Part shown: one piece after another, positions 62,239 to 64,000 of the stretch | How the letters are laid out: every line of letters starts with the position of its first letter | How positions within the stretch are numbered: the stretch's first letter is position 1 | DNA from: Octopus sinensis | Lineage: Eukaryota | Assembly: GCF_006345805.1 (NCBI RefSeq) | Contig: NC_043020.1 | Coordinates: 11,532,001 to 11,596,000 of the forward strand | DNA: 64,000 nucleotides | Direction of reading: 5' to 3' | Position numbers and translations under genes: made by a program | Notes under the pieces: generated by a model | Databases searched by the model: none | Told to the model about the DNA's origin: nothing | The model's input: the letters and a program-made list of their open reading frames with translations, nothing else

Positions 62239-62536
62239 AAATACCTGTACATCATCTCCAAACCTTCCAATATATATATAATATATATATATGAAAAAAC
62301 AAGTCAAAAATAGAAAATGCTAAGATAATTTTATAGTGAATCTTCAGTACCTTTTCGGTCCATTTTGAGACTTTTCAACTGTAACGATTAAATAATTAAA
62401 TTTAGAAAAAATAGAAGAAAATTTTTTTTTAAAAGAATATTCTGTAGTAGTGGTTCAGATATAAGTAGCATTCTGCCTTTCTCTGACTCCCTTGTTTGCA
62501 CTTGTGTGTTCGAGGTCGTATATATATATATATACT

Positions 62537-62741
62537 CAAAATAAGCACAAGAATGACTCCGGTAATTTGGTACGATCGTTTCGTACTACATCATTTTATT
62601 AATGTTGTAAGTATTACAACAGATTTAAGATGCTGAGTACTCATCATCTTAAATCTGTTGTAATACTTACAACATTTAATAAAATGATCAGTACGAAACG
62701 ATCGTACCAAATTACCGGAGTCATTCTTGTTGCTTATTTTG
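62537..62741. repeat. Near-perfect ~205-bp palindrome with no spacer
   Basis: Centred on tgagt|actca at 62638/62639. Confidence 0.92.
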
Positions 62742-62841
62742 ATGATAATCACCTCACAGATTTTATGGATAACACCATACAAAATTCTGGTGCATCTAAA
62801 TTAAGTACCATATTCATTTGAATCTAAATTTTTGCTAAACT

Positions 62842-62887
<46 letters not shown>

Positions 62888-63020
62888 TTTAGGTTATATT
62901 CTAGTAAGAACTTAGTAGAGTACAGTATAAAGCTTGTCCACCTTCAGATTTCACCCAGTGCTATCCAGCAGTAGCATTATACGTACTGCCAGATTTGTGT
63001 TGGGGCTTCTGTGGTGTGTG

Positions 63021-63810
63021 TATGGATAATTGAATAAGTCAGGGTCAACAAGAAGGCGGACAGAGGCACATTTATTTGTAATCACTACAATTGTTTCCAA
63101 GCAATGTAGTTCTCCAGGTTCGCAGGTATTTGGTTATGTAACCGTTTCCTTGCATTATGAGATCTAGTTGTGCTTCCTCAGGTGATATATATATATACAT
63201 ATATTTATATATATATATATATATATCATCATCATCATCATCGTTTAACGTCCGTTCTCCATGCTAGCATGGGTTGGACGGTTCGACCGGGGATCTGGGA
63301 AGCCAGAAGGCTGCACCAGACTCCGTCTATCTGGCAATGTTTCTACAGCTGGATGCCCTTCCTAACGCCAACCACTCCGTGAGTGTAGTGGGTGCTTTTT
63401 ACGTGCCACCTGCACTGGTGCCAGGCGAGGCTGGCATCGCCACGGTCGGATTGGTGCATTTTACGTGCCACCTGCACGGAAGCCAGTCGAGGCGGCACTG
63501 GCTTCGGCCACGATTCGATGGTGTTTTTATGTGCCACCGACACGGAAGCCAGTCGAGGCGGCGCTGGCATCGGCCACGATTCGGATCGGCACTGGCATAT
63601 ATATATATATATATTGATTCTGTGTTCTGTAAACTCAAATTCTCAGATTTGAGGATACGAAACTAGATCACATAATGCAGGGAAATGGTTACATAACCAA
63701 ATACCTGCAAACCTGGAGAACTACATAGCGTGGAAACAATTGTAGTGATAACAAATAAAATGTTCCTCTGTACTCCTCCTTATTGACTCCAACTTATTCA
63801 ATTATCTATA
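63021..63810. mobile_element. Fold-back element with ~160-bp arms, interrupted by an RTE 3' UTR (63225-63597, minus)
   Basis: 63021-63180 is the reverse complement of 63650-63810 with scattered mismatches. Confidence 0.85.
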
Positions 63811-63930
63811 CATTTATTTATCCATCAATCCATTCATCTACCCACAGATGTATCTCTCCATTTACTTATTCATCTGTCTGTTTGTCCACCTACCTACCAA
63901 CCTATTAACTTGTGTATTCATGTCTCTTTC

Positions 63931-63961
<31 letters not shown>

Positions 63962-64000
63962 ATACATGGATTCTTCTCTGTGTGTGTACATATGTGTGTG

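Overview
Eukaryotic, AT-rich, repeat-saturated DNA. The SINE, RTE and microsatellite content points to an octopod cephalopod (inferred, not verified). The only well-supported host gene signal is three minus-strand exons (40990-40798, 37473-37401, 34419-34269). They splice GT-AG in compatible phases (0/1, 1/2, 2/0) into a 139-aa open frame that resembles the luminal mid-region of the GPI inositol-deacylase PGAP1, so most of the window is probably intron. The rest is mobile DNA and simple repeats: about 27 copies or half-copies of a ~420-bp tRNA-derived SINE (family A), a Nin/Deu-domain SINE (B), a third SINE with two alternative tails (C), many 5'-truncated 3' ends of an RTE LINE, CR1, BovB-like and R4/Dong-like LINE ends, mariner relics, TTAA piggyBac-type MITEs, a composite Helitron and several long fold-back palindromes. 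The most interesting observation is a ~190-210 nt (TA)n-abutting element in three copies, each carrying a minimal type I hammerhead-like fold with a non-canonical core, all on the PGAP1-like sense strand. Nearly all long ORFs in the supplied track are microsatellite artefacts. All alignments were done by eye; no searches were run.
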